Assembly: GCA_036172245.1 (NCBI GenBank)
Contig: JAYWIR010000007.1
Span: 4,650,001-4,714,000 of the forward strand
Direction of reading: 5' to 3'
DNA: 64,000 nt
DNA from: Raillietiella orientalis
Lineage: Eukaryota
Shown here: positions 50,009 through 62,902 of the stretch, piece by piece
Layout: the number at the start of each line of letters is the position of its first letter
Numbering within the stretch: position 1 is the first letter of the stretch
Program-made: the position numbers and the translations under genes
The notes under the pieces: generated by a model
What the model was told of the DNA's origin: nothing
The model's input: only the letters and a program-made list of their open reading frames with translations
Databases searched by the model: none

Positions 50009-52113
50009 GACGTGGAACGTTTTCGTGGATGTGCCTCGCAACGGGGCGAAGGAAGCGACGGGATTTCCGAGGGGGCGCGGTCCCTGCGCGTCGCCGAAAC
50101 CGCGCCCCGAGACGTTCCCTCTCAGGGAGCTCACGGGAACGGCGACGCGGGTTCTGGACCCTGACTCCGTCCGCGCGTCCATTGATGCCGGCGTGTCTCG
50201 CCCCCGTCTCCCTGAGCGACGGGGACGGGGAAGCCTCCGGAACGGGAACCCCGCGGCTCCCTTCCTCCCGGGAGGCGCCCGGGAGACCCCGCGCGAGGAA
50301 GGGGAGCTTTCCGAGCTTCTCGTCTTGTACTTGCCTGGATTCCTGCTGCCGTGCGCGCTGGACCGAGAGCGGAGCGACGCGTCGGGGAGGCTGCACGCGA
50401 GCGGATGCATGCGTTATCCCCCCCCCCCCCTTTCCTCCCTCCGCCCCGCGTCTCGCCCACCGCGAGCACCGTTCGGCCGCTTCTCGGACACCGGCGGTGT
50501 CGTCGGCCCGCACGAACGGATGCTCGCGGTGACGTATGCGCCCGCGAACGAAAGGAGGAGCTCGCCCTGGCCCGGTGGGGCCCCGCGGAATGGCCGGAGC
50601 GCCGACGACGACGCGCGTGCATCGGCGCCCCCGGTCCAGTCAAGGGCAAGCGGTCGAACGAGAAGCGTCGGATGCTGCGCCGCCCCCTCGTCCGGGACCC
50701 CCGCGCCGACCGGCGCGCTGAGAGCTTACGTCGAACGAGGCGCGTGCTCTTCAGTGGGGCGGGTCATTCGGTTTCGGCGATTTTCGCGGGGACGTCGGCA
50801 GGCGCGGTAGCAGCAGCCCCTTTCATTTCTCCCCCCCCTCTCTCTCTCTCTCTCCCTGTCCCCCCTCCTCCTCTGCGGCTTCTTCCGGCTTGCGCGCGCG
50901 GGTTTCTGGACGGCAGCGAGCGCCGCGCCGCCGAAAAAATCCCGCGCGTGGTGGTGAAGGGAGCTCAGCCCGCCCCCGATATCCCTCCCCTGCAGCCGGA
51001 CTCGGCGCTGGGTATTTGGGGACGCTGCAGAACGGGAATTTCAGCCCGGGGCGCAAGCAGCGAGCAATGCAAAGGTGGTCTTCCGCCGTCCTTCACGAGC
51101 CTTTGCGACGGTTCCGAGTTCCAGTGGGAGGCAAGGAAGAACGGGAGCTCTTCCCCCCCCCCCCCCCCCGCCCCGCCTTCCCACCTCCGTCGCCGGCTGT
51201 GCGGATCCTGCCGTCCGCAGGTCCGAGAGACCCTCAGGCGCGCTCTGTCTCCCTGGCGACCGGAGATAGTCGGTGGTCGGGGCGCGCGAAGGGGCAGCAG
51301 CAGCGTCGGCCCTCGTGGAAACCGCGGGTCCCCTCGCACGACCCAGGGCCTCGCTGCCGCCCCGGAAGAAAGCGGCGCTCTCCCGGACTTCCCGCCGCAC
51401 CTCCGGGCGACGGCAGCAGGTTTTTCTGGAATGGGCCGGAAGAGAAGAGGAAGAAGAAGAAAAAAAAAAAAAGGAGGCTGAATAGGTGGGGGGGACTCTG
51501 CGGCGGTCAGCGCCGCCCTTCGGAAGAGAAGGGGAACGCGAATTTTCCCCTCCCTGCTCGGCTGTCCGCAAGCGGGAGAAGGGGGGAGGCGGAGGGGGGG
51601 GGGGGGGAAGAACCCCGAGAGGTGAAGGCGCGCGCGCGCATTGGAAAGTCTCGGCGTTTCATTTTCAGAATGACTTCGTTTAGTCAGTCACTAGGCCGAA
51701 AGTTCACGTGTTTCGTGCTACTAAGCACCTCCCCGCCTTGCTCCAGGGGCTCCTAAATTGATTCCGTGTTCCGGACGAGAGGTGCGCGCGCGCGCGTGCG
51801 CACGCGCTGCTCTTTCTCCGTTTTTCAAGGTTTCCGAAATCGAAGCGCGCCGGGATCGCACGCGAAAGAGGTGCGGGGAAGGGGGAGGGTACGGGCGAAA
51901 CAGGCGCGAGCGCCGACGCGCAGCGGCACTGCAGCTCGGGAGAAGGGGGAGGAGGGAAAAAATTGCGTTGCCCGGGCGTTCTCCGGGCAACCTGGAAGCG
52001 CCGGCGACTGCCGACAGAGGAGCTGCCTCGGCGGCGTCCGTTCGCCTGACCCGACGCTTCCTGCCATCGAGAGAGAGCACGCGGCTCTTGTGTGTTTACC
52101 CTCTTCCTTCCAG

Positions 52114-52145
52114 CCCCCCCCCCCCCCCCCCCCCCCCAAAAAAAA
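52114..52145. repeat. Poly(C)24 abutting poly(A)8
   Basis: Read directly from the sequence. Confidence 0.95.
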
Positions 52146-55100
52146 GGCTGCTCTTGAACTGAGAAAGCGGAGGAGGCGCGCGCTCACCGCAGGATCGAGG
52201 GAAATTCCTCCGCGGCGCTCTCTCCCGCCCCGCGCGTCACTTTCTCACGGAGGGGGTGCGCTTCCTCCTTCCTCCGGGAACGCGCCGTGCGGTTCGGCGT
52301 TCCCGGGAAGCGCCGAAACGCGCACACGCGCAGACACACCCACCCACACATCCCGCCGCCCTGCGCGGGCGGAGCAAACGACCCAAAGCCGCCGTCCGCG
52401 CGCGCGCGCTCTCCCCTCCGCGCTCTCCGCGTTTTGATTAACGTAAGACCTTTCTGCGCACGGAAGCCTTGGCAATGTGACCGCCGCGGGCGGCAGAAAC
52501 CGAATGAAACCGAGCGTTACCGAACGTCCTCAAAAAGCTCCGCAAGACGGATGCACGTGCTCGAAGTAGACTGACGCACGGGAATGAACCCTTAGGACTT
52601 CTACTTTCCGTTGGCCACCCGTCCCAATGACCTCTCGTCTGCAATTCGAATAGCGATAATTACTCGGCCGATGGAACTCTCCCGCTTGATCGGGATGCGC
52701 GCAGGAATACAGCCTCTCGCCGGAGGAGGGAACGACCTTGCTGTCCCGACGCGGTGCACCCCCCTCCCCCACGGAAAAAAAGGAACGGAAGAAAGGAAAA
52801 GAGGGGGGACTCCGGGAACGGCGAGAAGACGGGGGAGGCTTCACCGGAGGGTCATGCATCATCTGCCTGTGCACCAAAACAGCGCCGGGCGGAAAGGCGC
52901 CGCCCCCCGCGTCGGTCGCTGCCGGACCCCCCCACTACAGCCATTTCCAGCCCGCACTCAGTTACGAGGAAAAAAAAATCGCCCTCCGTCCAACTCGAGG
53001 GACCGGCGAAGAGCTTTCTGCCCCCCCCCCCCCTCAGCTGCAATCCATTGCCCCCCCCCCCCCACGTAAACATGCCGTCACATCAGAAGCGTCAGAAATG
53101 GAGTCCCCACGTGCGCTCCCGGGCGCAGATCCTTCGTACGCAACCAACGCCTCCCTCCCCTCCTCACACACCTCGGATCTTGTTGTAAGGTATTCCCAAG
53201 CAGTGGCAGGGAGTGCGCTTCCACGTGAGTTTTGTGTTGCTGTCTTTGCTTGCCTGACGCTCGCAGGCATCCCCCCCCCCCCCCCAACGGGCGTGCAGTA
53301 CAACTGCGAGGACGCGCGCACGAGGCAAGTGACCTGTAGGCGCGTTCCGACACCACCGGGTTCAAGAACTCTCGTGCGCCGGACCGTGGCCGCCTGCTTG
53401 CGCCACGGACTGCTTTTGAAAAGCCTGCGTTGGTCAGCGCCAGGTCCCGTCGCCCGGGGCCTTCTTCCCTCTCTCCCCGCACACCTCGTCTTTTTTCGCA
53501 GTACGCCACGCAAAGCAGCCTTTCTTGGAAGTCGTGCGAAGCGAAATGGGGGAAGCTGCGTCCAGTTTCCAGGAAGGGGAGGGGAAGGGGGGAGAAGAAG
53601 AAGAGAGAGAGAGAGGAAAAAGAAAAACAGCGCACGAGAGCGGAAAGAGAAGGGGGGAGAGAGGGGGAGGGAGGGTCGGAATCCGGGTGACACGGCGTCG
53701 GTGAATCCAAACCTGGTGGATCATCCTGAGTGCGTTCCTCCCGGAGGCTGCTGGCGCGATTCGACAGCGCCAACGCGCCTCTTGCGTTGCATTCCTCAGC
53801 GACACGTTCGATTACCGTTCACTGCACATCAGACACACAGTTTCTTATCACTGCATACCGAAACGGAAAGAATTTTTATGGCCACGTCTCGACACAGAAA
53901 GCGATGCACGCTCCAAGTCTTCCCGAAGACGGGCAACACGGGAAGGAAGATCGCGCCTTTGCGATCGCAACACTTCGTGTACGCAGCGGCGATCCAAAGC
54001 CGTCCGACGCTTCATTTGATTGCGAACGGGCGGCCTCCGGTGCGACCAACTCCTCCCGGGAATGCTTCACCATGCATTCAGTCCGTCTTGGCAGGATCCA
54101 TTTTCAGTGTAATGAGCACCTAATCGTCGGGCAGTGTGTTTGGCCCCGAAAGAAAATCGCCGGTGCGGAAGGGAATCAATTCGTTAGGCGGCAGGGATGG
54201 GATGCGCCGTGCCTGGAGAGCGCGAGATGGCTTGTGAAATTCCAGCGCGCGCGTCCAGAGGCTTTTCCGGGAACGCGGCGCGACGTTTGTCCCGAAAAAA
54301 GTGAGAGCTCCTCCTCGCGCCGGCGTGGTCGGCGGTCCTCCATCTCGTGATTCTGCTCTCCATCGTCCTTTCGGTCGCCCGAACACTTTCGCCACTCCGG
54401 AGCGCAAGGATCGCGCCAGCAGCCGAGGATGCTCCTCTCCGGCTTGGCGCCTCCCCACGTGACCGGACGAGGATCCGGCACTCGTTGCCGTGGCACGGCC
54501 GCCCGAAAGTACGGCGCGCTCCTGTCCACACCGGAAATGCCCGTCCTGCAGCCACCGCCCCCGTCCTCCCCCTCCCCCCATTTAACACGAAGCGGGGGGA
54601 TTTTGGGTTCAACACCGCTGCCCATCTGTTCTTCACCATTGAGCATCACCGGCGTGCCTCTGCTGGAAGACATCCGTCCCAAAGGACGGCCAAGCGAATG
54701 TGTGGAAAACAACACGCCAGGAAGCCGAAGGGCAGGGGGAGAGAGAGAGAGAGAGAGAGATGGGGGAGGGGGAGGGATTTTCGCCGAATGTCCTGGGCAT
54801 CTTACCGAGGCTCAGTTGCTGTGTGGCGACTGAGGCGCGCACCTTTCCTGGTTCTTCTTCCCGGGGTTCCAGACTCTCTCCTCCGGGACAGGTGCGACGG
54901 AGTCGAAAGTGCAGGCAGTCTGTTCCCTGATGCCAGGAAAAGACTGGAAGCCTCACGTACGAAAGTAGTGGGAACAGGCTTTCCCTTTCCCCCCTGGAAG
55001 TTTCCAAGAAAAAATTACACCCATCGCTGCTGGGAAAATCCCCAGGAATTTATTTTTTTTCCTCTCTTCTCCAGCATCCGCAGACGTTTTCTTGCACGGC

Positions 55101-56336
55101 CGTGCTTGTAAACATGCGGCGATCTGTGCGCTTCTTCGGTTCCACAGCCCGCGGAGGAAAGCAGGAAGCCATTCGCTAGAACGGATAGATTCCATTAGAA
55201 TGTTGTTGTGGTTGTTGTTGCTTTTTTTTTTTTTTTCGGCTGCTTTCCTCCCCTGGACCTACGTGGCGCGAGGTCCGACCCGGGGGCGACCGAGTGAGCA
55301 CTCGAAAATTATTTCGTTACGTATTTGCGAATTAAATCCCCATCCATCACCTGCCGGAGCTCAGATTCCTCCTTATTAGTACCACCAACATCCTGTTTTG
55401 CCTCAGAGTCGTTCCGAAAGAGGAAAAAAAAAAAAAAAACGTAGGTACGAGGTCTTCGTTCCCTGTATTTATTCCCCCTAGGCGAACGCCTATAATTCAT
55501 TTGTTTTCGCAAACTCCCGATATCACTAATTGAAAGGAAAAAAAAAAAAAAAAAACGGCTACCCAGAAACCCTAGCAAGTGTTCCCAAGCTATTTTATTT
55601 TATTTATTTTCATTTTTAAAAGGAAAGCAGGGACTTGAGGAGGGAGGCTGCCTGCATTTTTTTCACGCGTCCCCCTCCTTTTTTTTTTTTTTTCCCCGTC
55701 CAATTCGCCTTTTTTCCTTTCTGTTGCTGTTCCCGTTGTTGCTGCTTCGTCTTCCAGAAACACCGCAATTTCCCCTTCCTCGGGTGTGCTCCGCTCAAAA
55801 CAGTGTTTCGTTTTCGGGATTGTTCGACGGACAGAAGAAAAAAAAGAAAAAAAGGAAAGCCACTTGGCGAGCGCTTTTCTACATTTCGTCCAACACCGAC
55901 CCCACGTAAAATTCGGTGCATCTAAAAGCATTGCCAAGGCCCTGATTAAACGGGGGGGGGGGAGAGGGGGGGAAGGAAAAGAGAAAAAAGGTTTACATTC
56001 CGACGGAGCTGCTGTTCCGTAATTTTCTGTTGCTGTTTTTTAATTGCGCGATGGCGAGATCAAAAAATGGATCTCCAACCGGTAGAAAGTGCGCGGGGAT
56101 TTCGGTATCTGCAGAGAACGGTTGATAAATCTTTGTTTGTTCAACCGTTCAACTCTTGACCGCTACGTCCTCCTCCTCCTGGACCAGCTGACCAGAGCCG
56201 GTGCTAAAATATGCTAAAATCCAGTGTCGGACTCGAATTGGCAACGAACGAACATGCCATTTAGTGAGGAGTGAAATGTTGGTTGAACTTTGCTGGATGT
56301 GCCGCGGTGCTTCTAACGAGAGGTCGTGCACGAGGT

Positions 56337-56434
56337 GAAAAAGGAAGAAAAAGGAGGAAGGAAAAGAGAAGGAAAAAAAAAAAAAAAAGGAGGAGGAGGA
56401 GAAGAAGAAGAAGAAGAAGAAGAAGAAGGGGGAA
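56337..56434. repeat. 98-nt uninterrupted polypurine tract including (GGA)4(GAA)9
   Basis: Only A and G across the interval. Confidence 0.95.
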
Positions 56435-58270
56435 TCGATTCGCCGGCAAGAATTTCAAAACTGCAAGATCTCCGAAACTTCTTCGCCTACCCCAATCTTG
56501 TTTTGTCCTGAATGTGTTCGACGCCTTCCCGGATACGGTGCCAAGCAAGACACACATCTGAAGGTTTGTTTATGTCTGGAAAAGGTCTTTACTATCTTAC
56601 AATTCACGGGGGAAAAATCTGTGCGTGTGTTTTACGTTGCATCGCTGCTTCACTTGCCGTGTGTGTGTGTGTGTGTGTGTTTTGGCTTCACTCGTGTCCC
56701 TTTCGATAAGTGCTCAGGTACTGCGGATGCTGCTTAGCAACCAACGTGGTCTGTTTTCATCTTGTCGAGGGAGAGACCGGTGGTGTCCTTTGCTGGCCTT
56801 CGAGGAAGTCCGCCAACACCTTGACTCTCCGTAAACTCGCCAGCTGTTGGGGGCGGGGGAGGGGGGGCTTTACATGCCAACCTTCTAATGAGATGGATTT
56901 AATCAGGGAATTTTCTTCTTCTTCTTCCTCCCCCCCTCACCCCCATTGAATGAGAGAGGCCGTCGGCAGAAGGGAAGCAGATTTTTTTTTTTTTTTTCTC
57001 CTACCGAGACAGACGGACCAGCTGCTGGTTACTCCTCGCCGGCAATCGCAGAACCCGGATGTAGAAGAATAGAATGCTTCCACGCTTCCACGAAAATTCG
57101 CGACACTGCTCTCTGCTCGCACGCGCGCGCCAGCGAACGATTGTTCGTGAGTGGACGTGCGATGTGTTTTTCGATGTGCGCCGCCATTCTGTCCGTCTGT
57201 GGCGTGCCGCGCGCATCCCGGGATGCCCCACGGTGGGTGTGCGCATGAAAGAGACCTCTGGAAGGGGAGGGGACCACCACGTGGACATCCTGCGTCCCTG
57301 TCGGACGATCGGCATCCCGCGGAGCCCACGAACATCACGAGCGCGCCATACCCGTAGAAATGAAGGCACATCCCGGAGAGATAACGGGAGGAACCACAGG
57401 CGTTTGAATTCCGCCTCGTCGCACCCGAACCCCCCCCCCCCCTTCCCCTCGCCTATGTGAGGGAGCGCGGGTGGGTGGGATGATTCCCCCCTGAAAAAAA
57501 AAAAACTGCCGCCCCCGTGAGCCGCGTCGGGACCATCCTCGAGGGTCGCGTCGGTCCACACGGACGAACTCTCCCATGTCTTAACGCACCCTTAAGGTTC
57601 AATCCAGGAAACCTGGCATTCTTGCTTCGATTTGCCATAATGAATTGCCGCCATTTAATTACCTGAAACGTTCCGAAAAAAGGCCAAGAAGAAGAGAAAA
57701 AAAGGAAGAAGGTAAAGAAAAAATGGGTATTGCCGTAGCGCTGGCCAGGAACAAAAAATCATCCGCAACAGAATCTTGGATTACAGGAAGTGTTGGCTTG
57801 GACCGTGTTTTCCCGTTATCAGCGTATGATTGTGATGGAGAAAGTTCGGGCAACTGCGTTGTCTTCTAACGGTGTTGAGAGAGGAAAAAAAAAAAAAAAA
57901 AAGGAACTCGACAGGCCACCGCAATTATGAAATATTTTTATTGCTAACATTGTGAGGTAACTGTACATTTTCTCTGCGCGGAGGATAAGGCTCACTTTTT
58001 TCTTATTGGGCGATGTAGCAAGCGGTGATCTCGCCGGTGCAGCCAGGGAAAAAATCTCGTCATGAGGAGGTGCCCACGGTTCTCCGGAGCAACGGACCCC
58101 GGAAGATCCGTTTGCGCGGAAAGTGGACGACGATCTCGAGCTGGGGAAGCGCTGGACGATTTTTGCCCCCCCCCCCCACCCCCCCCACCCCCGATTTTTG
58201 CCTCGATCTTCACGAGTGGTTTGTTCTTCCACGTTCGGCCGAAGAGTCTGAACTCTTTGCCGAGCGCGGT

Positions 58271-58300
58271 CAGCAGCAGCAGCAGCAGCAGCAGCAGCAA
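58271..58300. repeat. (CAG)9CAA
   Basis: Read directly from the sequence. Confidence 0.95.
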
Positions 58301-59971
58301 TGGGTCCACCTGAAAAACATACGCCTCCGGGCGGTCACGGAGCAAAGACCCCCGCGAAGGAGAAACGGTCGAACAGGGGAGAAAAAAAAACGAAAAACGA
58401 CCGACGTCCCCCCCCCCCCCACCCACCCACCCCCATCCCTCCGAAGAGTGCCGCGAGGCGCGCGCGCGCGCGCACCACCAGTCCTTCGGGCCGATCCTGG
58501 GAACTTCTTCGCGCCCTCCGGGATGCGCTGTCTCTCCCCGGCCCGCTCCCTAAATTGCATCGTAAGCGTATCAATAAAAACATCGCGTGGTCGTCCATGC
58601 TTGCGTCGGAAAGCCATTCCTTTCGTCCCCGTCCACAGCTGTTCCAGGGATGGGTAAGGACTCCTCCTCGAACGTGCGGCACGATGCTGGTCAGACAATT
58701 TATTGCGCTGTGGTGTGTTACATCAGGTACATACGACATAGCGACTGGCAGCTTTGATGCAATTCCTGTGCAATCGAGGCGGAGGTCGGGGTAGACCGCC
58801 GAAGACGGTGTTCTCCTCGGACGCTCCGAATTCCGCCGTCGCGGAAAGCCGCGTCTTTGAATGGACCCTCCGATAACGTGGAGGGACAGGGAGGAGGAGG
58901 AGGGTCCTCATCAAGAACGAGAGTTGGGAAAGTTCATCCATTCCCATTAAGCGTACGAAAACGGTTCCCGTTACTTGTCACATGCCAAATTAATTCATCG
59001 AGCAATAAATGCAAACCCTTCGATCTCGAGGTTATCGAACTCAAATGACACACTCAAGAAGCAGAATAGAGTGCGAGATTTATGCAAAGGGTCTTTTGGT
59101 GTCCTAACGGTGTGCTGACTGTGCAGTTATGCCAGAAGTCCTGTAATGTCCACTTATCATTTTTTTTCTTTTTTTTTCTTTTTCCTTTCCCGTTCGCAGC
59201 TACATAATTGAGACGCGTTAATCAAACTCGTTAAGTGACGAAGAGGTGCACCTTTCACGGAGGTCCTCTCGGATGCGGTTGCGTGCCGGAGCAGCTGTCC
59301 ATCTTCCTCCGATCTTGTTTTGTTTTGTTTTTCGTCTTCGCCGCGACGCGGCGACGGCTTCTGATGCTGCTGCCTGTTTGTTTCATTACGGATTCAAGGC
59401 ACCTCTAAGAATCCTGATTAGTTATTTGCGGCTTGCTTCCAGCATCCAGGATCGAGTCGCGATTTCGCGAGGGGTGATGCTGTCGGCGTCGGCCGGACTC
59501 GGGAAAAAGGGTCCAGAGCTTGTCGAGGGGGACGCAGATCCTCCTCCTCCTCCTCCGGTATTCCTCCGGCGCAGCGATCTTCGTCGTACCTTCCCGATTT
59601 TTCGTCGTCTCTCTTTTCTTGCGTGTTTGTCTGCGTGCTATTTATTTATTATTATTTCACGCCCCCCCCCCCCTCCCCTTATTCTCCTCCTCCCCTGTCA
59701 GGGGGAGGGGGGACTCTACTTGAATTCCTTGGTCTCGAACGCATTTCCATATCGAACTCACCAATAAATTGGAGACTTTTCCACTACATCCACTGCGTAT
59801 CTGACATTTGTGATGCTCATTCATCACGGAAGATTACGCAGTTTTCCAAGACACTGCGTAAATCTTTTGACGTCACTTCCCCTTGCTCCTGAAAAGTGCA
59901 GGGACACATGTTCCGTTCGTGACGTCCGCTTCCAGAAAAGTTCGCTCCTTCCACGCAGCTCGGCTTCCTTC

Positions 59972-60001
<30 letters not shown>
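59972..60001. repeat. (CCG)10
   Basis: Read directly from the sequence. Confidence 0.95.
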
Positions 60002-60002
<1 letters not shown>

Positions 60003-60066
60003 GGTGAGAGGGGTGGTGGCTGGCGGTCGTCCGTCGGCCGGCCGGCCGGATGGTCGCCCTCGGCCG

Positions 60067-60110
60067 ATTCATTCATTCATTCATTCGTTCATTTATTTAT
60101 TTATTTATTC
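60067..60110. repeat. Compound (ATTC)n/(ATTT)n microsatellite
   Basis: Read directly from the sequence. Confidence 0.9.
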
Positions 60111-60585
60111 GTTCTTCCCGTGGTTCCCCGGTCGGCTGCTGCTGCGGGTGGCCGGGAAGTTTCCCGTCAAATACCTGGCGCGCCGTCGAATATGCATTCT
60201 CTTAGATAATCGCCAATCCTCCAAAAGGTCGACGACCGCTCCATTAAACTTTGCGAATGTTTTCCGTTATTGACCGTTTGATGCATTTCAACTACCCGTC
60301 GCCTTCACATGCTTCGTTGATTCATTCACTACTGACATCGTTTTCAATGTCCTGGGTGACGTCACAACAACCGTATTTTCGATCCATGAGGAAACCATTC
60401 AATGGAAGCAGCAGCACCAAGTCCGCGATTTAAATACGTGAATATGATTTTGTGACCGGGCGTCCGCTCCTCGCAGCATCACCACCGAATCCCTAAAAGC
60501 AAAAGGAAGTACGTTTTGATGAGTTGCAGAAAGAAAATCTTTGACGAGAGCGCAAGTCAGCCCAATTGAGTAAGACCACATTCAT

Positions 60586-60614
60586 TGTGCGTGCGTGTGC
60601 GTGTGCGTGCGCGC

Positions 60615-60666
<52 letters not shown>

Positions 60667-60684
60667 TTATTTATTTATTTATTT
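60586..60684. repeat. Compound (GT/GC)n-(AT)n-(ATTT)6 microsatellite
   Basis: Read directly from the sequence. Perfect purine-pyrimidine alternation over 60586-60662. Confidence 0.95.
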
Positions 60685-62538
60685 GACATGCAATCAGCAT
60701 GGAAAACGGTGGTGATGATTCTGTTTCATGAAATATCTCCCTGTTTCCCTCTTTTTTTCCTCTTGCCGGCCGTGACGAGGCAGCTTGTCCAGTTGAAAAC
60801 ACGGTCCGGGAACTCATCCAGCTAGGAAGAAAAGGGTCGCTCAGGATTATTGAAATATTAACGGGATACGTACATTTCTGAAGACACCATATGCTGTTTA
60901 CCATGTCATGTATAGCTAGGCCAGTGAACGGAAACATAAGGTTACCGACATCTGCTCTTTGACCTAGTTGAGAACCCGCTAGTCACCATCGGTACAGCTC
61001 CGAGGTGATCACACCGAGTCCCGGTTCCACTGGGAGAAACACATTCAGGGAAAACGAAAACTGTCTGAAAGTAGGACGGTGGCAATGAAATGTTTTCCAT
61101 GTCTACATGGGAACATCGCGCTCGGGAGGAGGAGGAGGAGGATGCTGCGCGGTGGTCTGCCGTCGCTCTTAGTCGGTTCCCTCGCTCCACGCAAGCTGCT
61201 GCTCCCGCAGAGATTTAGGAAGGCTGCGGACGCTGCCTCGATGTGACCTCAATCGAGCATCGAAAAAGCTTTCCCTTATGGAAGGAAAGAGCGGATGAAC
61301 TTTAGGTGATCGCCTCGCTCGCAGCTCTGGTGAATCCCCCCGGCAACGTGCGAGTCTGTTATCGTTGTTTGTGCATTGCGGGCCGAACGGAGAAGCCGCG
61401 CTGGTGAGACACCACGCTGGAAGATGGGAAAAAAGCAAATCACATCATTATCTTTCGCGGAGGTTTGATAAGTCCCGACGATCGCAGTCCAGGAAACTCG
61501 CGGGTTACATAAGTGAACGCGACCGATAGTGAAACTTGGTGACACTCTCTCCCGACGGCCACGACGACAGGGTGCTGTTCCGAAATAAACGCACAGAAAG
61601 AAAAAGACTCTTCCTCTTCTCCTTCATTCATTTGTCCAGACACCTGCGTCGCCGGAGAATACACATATGTATATGTATATATGTTCTTATCGAGTTTTCG
61701 TTGATTGACATTCGGGAACAAGTCGAGAGTAAATCGGAACCCTGGGTTGTTGTTTGCTTAATTGGCTATCGCCGCCATGCTGCCTTCGATCCCGCCGTTG
61801 AAGCTCAGGAAAATGATGGAAATCAAACAGTCATCCATGCTTTAGTCATGGTTCCTCCTGTTGACAGTGCCGCCGCTTCTTTGCCGGCAGAAGTGTAGAG
61901 GGAATCCCGCGGATGCACAAAGGTAAGAGACACTCTCCTCCTCCTTTCGTGCTGCTGGAAGTCGGGGGGAAGGGGTGCCGACCCGCTCCGAGCTTTCCGA
62001 GTCGCTCCCCGATGACGAAGACCACTCTGGACGAGGTCACTTGCATCCGGGTACCGATCCAGTACCTTCCAGACACGGCGTGGCCCAGTCAGTTCCCACA
62101 AGTGTCCCAGTAGGTGGGCTGGGGCTGCCCAGGAACCGAAACGTGCCGCTGGGACCCGACGTTGGTTTCCGAATCTCCTCTTCCCTCTCTCTCTCTCTCC
62201 CCCCCCCCCTTTTCTTTTTGGTTTCTTCCCTGGAGGGGGGGGAGGGGTCGTTCCGCTGCGTCTTCGTTGCGCCTTTCTTTTCGTGTACAGCAGCAGCAGC
62301 AGCACTGCCGTTTTGTTGTCCGTTTGTTCCCCGCCCCCCCTCTCCCCTCCTGTTGAGGTCTTTTCTACCCGTGTTGGTGCAACACACACTCAGTTCCTCC
62401 ATGGCGGTAGCGAAGGCGGCTCATCTTATCGTATGAGGATGTCTTCTTCTCTCTCTGCCTTTTTCCTGCGAACGTGATGGTTCCATAAGTTTGATGAATG
62501 AATTCATACGATGCGAATGGCTAATGCATTATTCCATT

Positions 62539-62570
<32 letters not shown>

Positions 62571-62643
62571 CCACACACAACATGTTATACAATTTCCCGG
62601 CTTCGTATAGGAGCTTCTTCCGATCAGACGGCTGCTGCATCAC

Positions 62644-62758
62644 CTGATCTCCAGCCTCCATACAAGTGCGTGGAGTCTTCGGCAAGACGTGCGTGCTGGA
62701 AGGTTGGCGTGTACGCACTCGAAGAAAATCCCAATCCCCTCCACATATCTGCTTCATT
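62644..62758 (-). CDS. Candidate internal exon (115 nt)
   Basis: CTCTACAG acceptor and CAG|GTGATG donor. One open frame reads NEADMWRGLGFSSSAYTPTFQHARLAEDSTHLYGGWRS, but the frame is ambiguous. Confidence 0.2.
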
Positions 62759-62868
62759 CTGTAGAGATCGGTCAAATGCTCCTACACGACGGCCTTGAGG
62801 GAACTCATTCTCCCAACGGCTGTGATGTGTGTGTGTGTGTTTTTTCGCACCGTTGAATAAGAAATGCA

Positions 62869-62870
<2 letters not shown>

Positions 62871-62901
<31 letters not shown>
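62871..62901. repeat. Poly(T)31
   Basis: Read directly from the sequence. Confidence 0.95.

Positions 62902-62902
<1 letters not shown>

Larger units (their letters stand above)
59868..60364 (+). promoter_or_regulatory. Possible promoter and first exon: overlapping ETS-CRE element, (CCG)10, splice donor, second CRE
   Basis: TGACGTCACTTCC 59868-59880, (CCG)10 59972-60001, GGG|GTGAGA donor at 60004, TGACGTCA 60357-60364. Confidence 0.35.

Noticed and set aside
52738..54123. 461-aa plus-strand ORF
   Set aside because: Crosses several poly(C) and polypurine tracts and has no recognisable motif.
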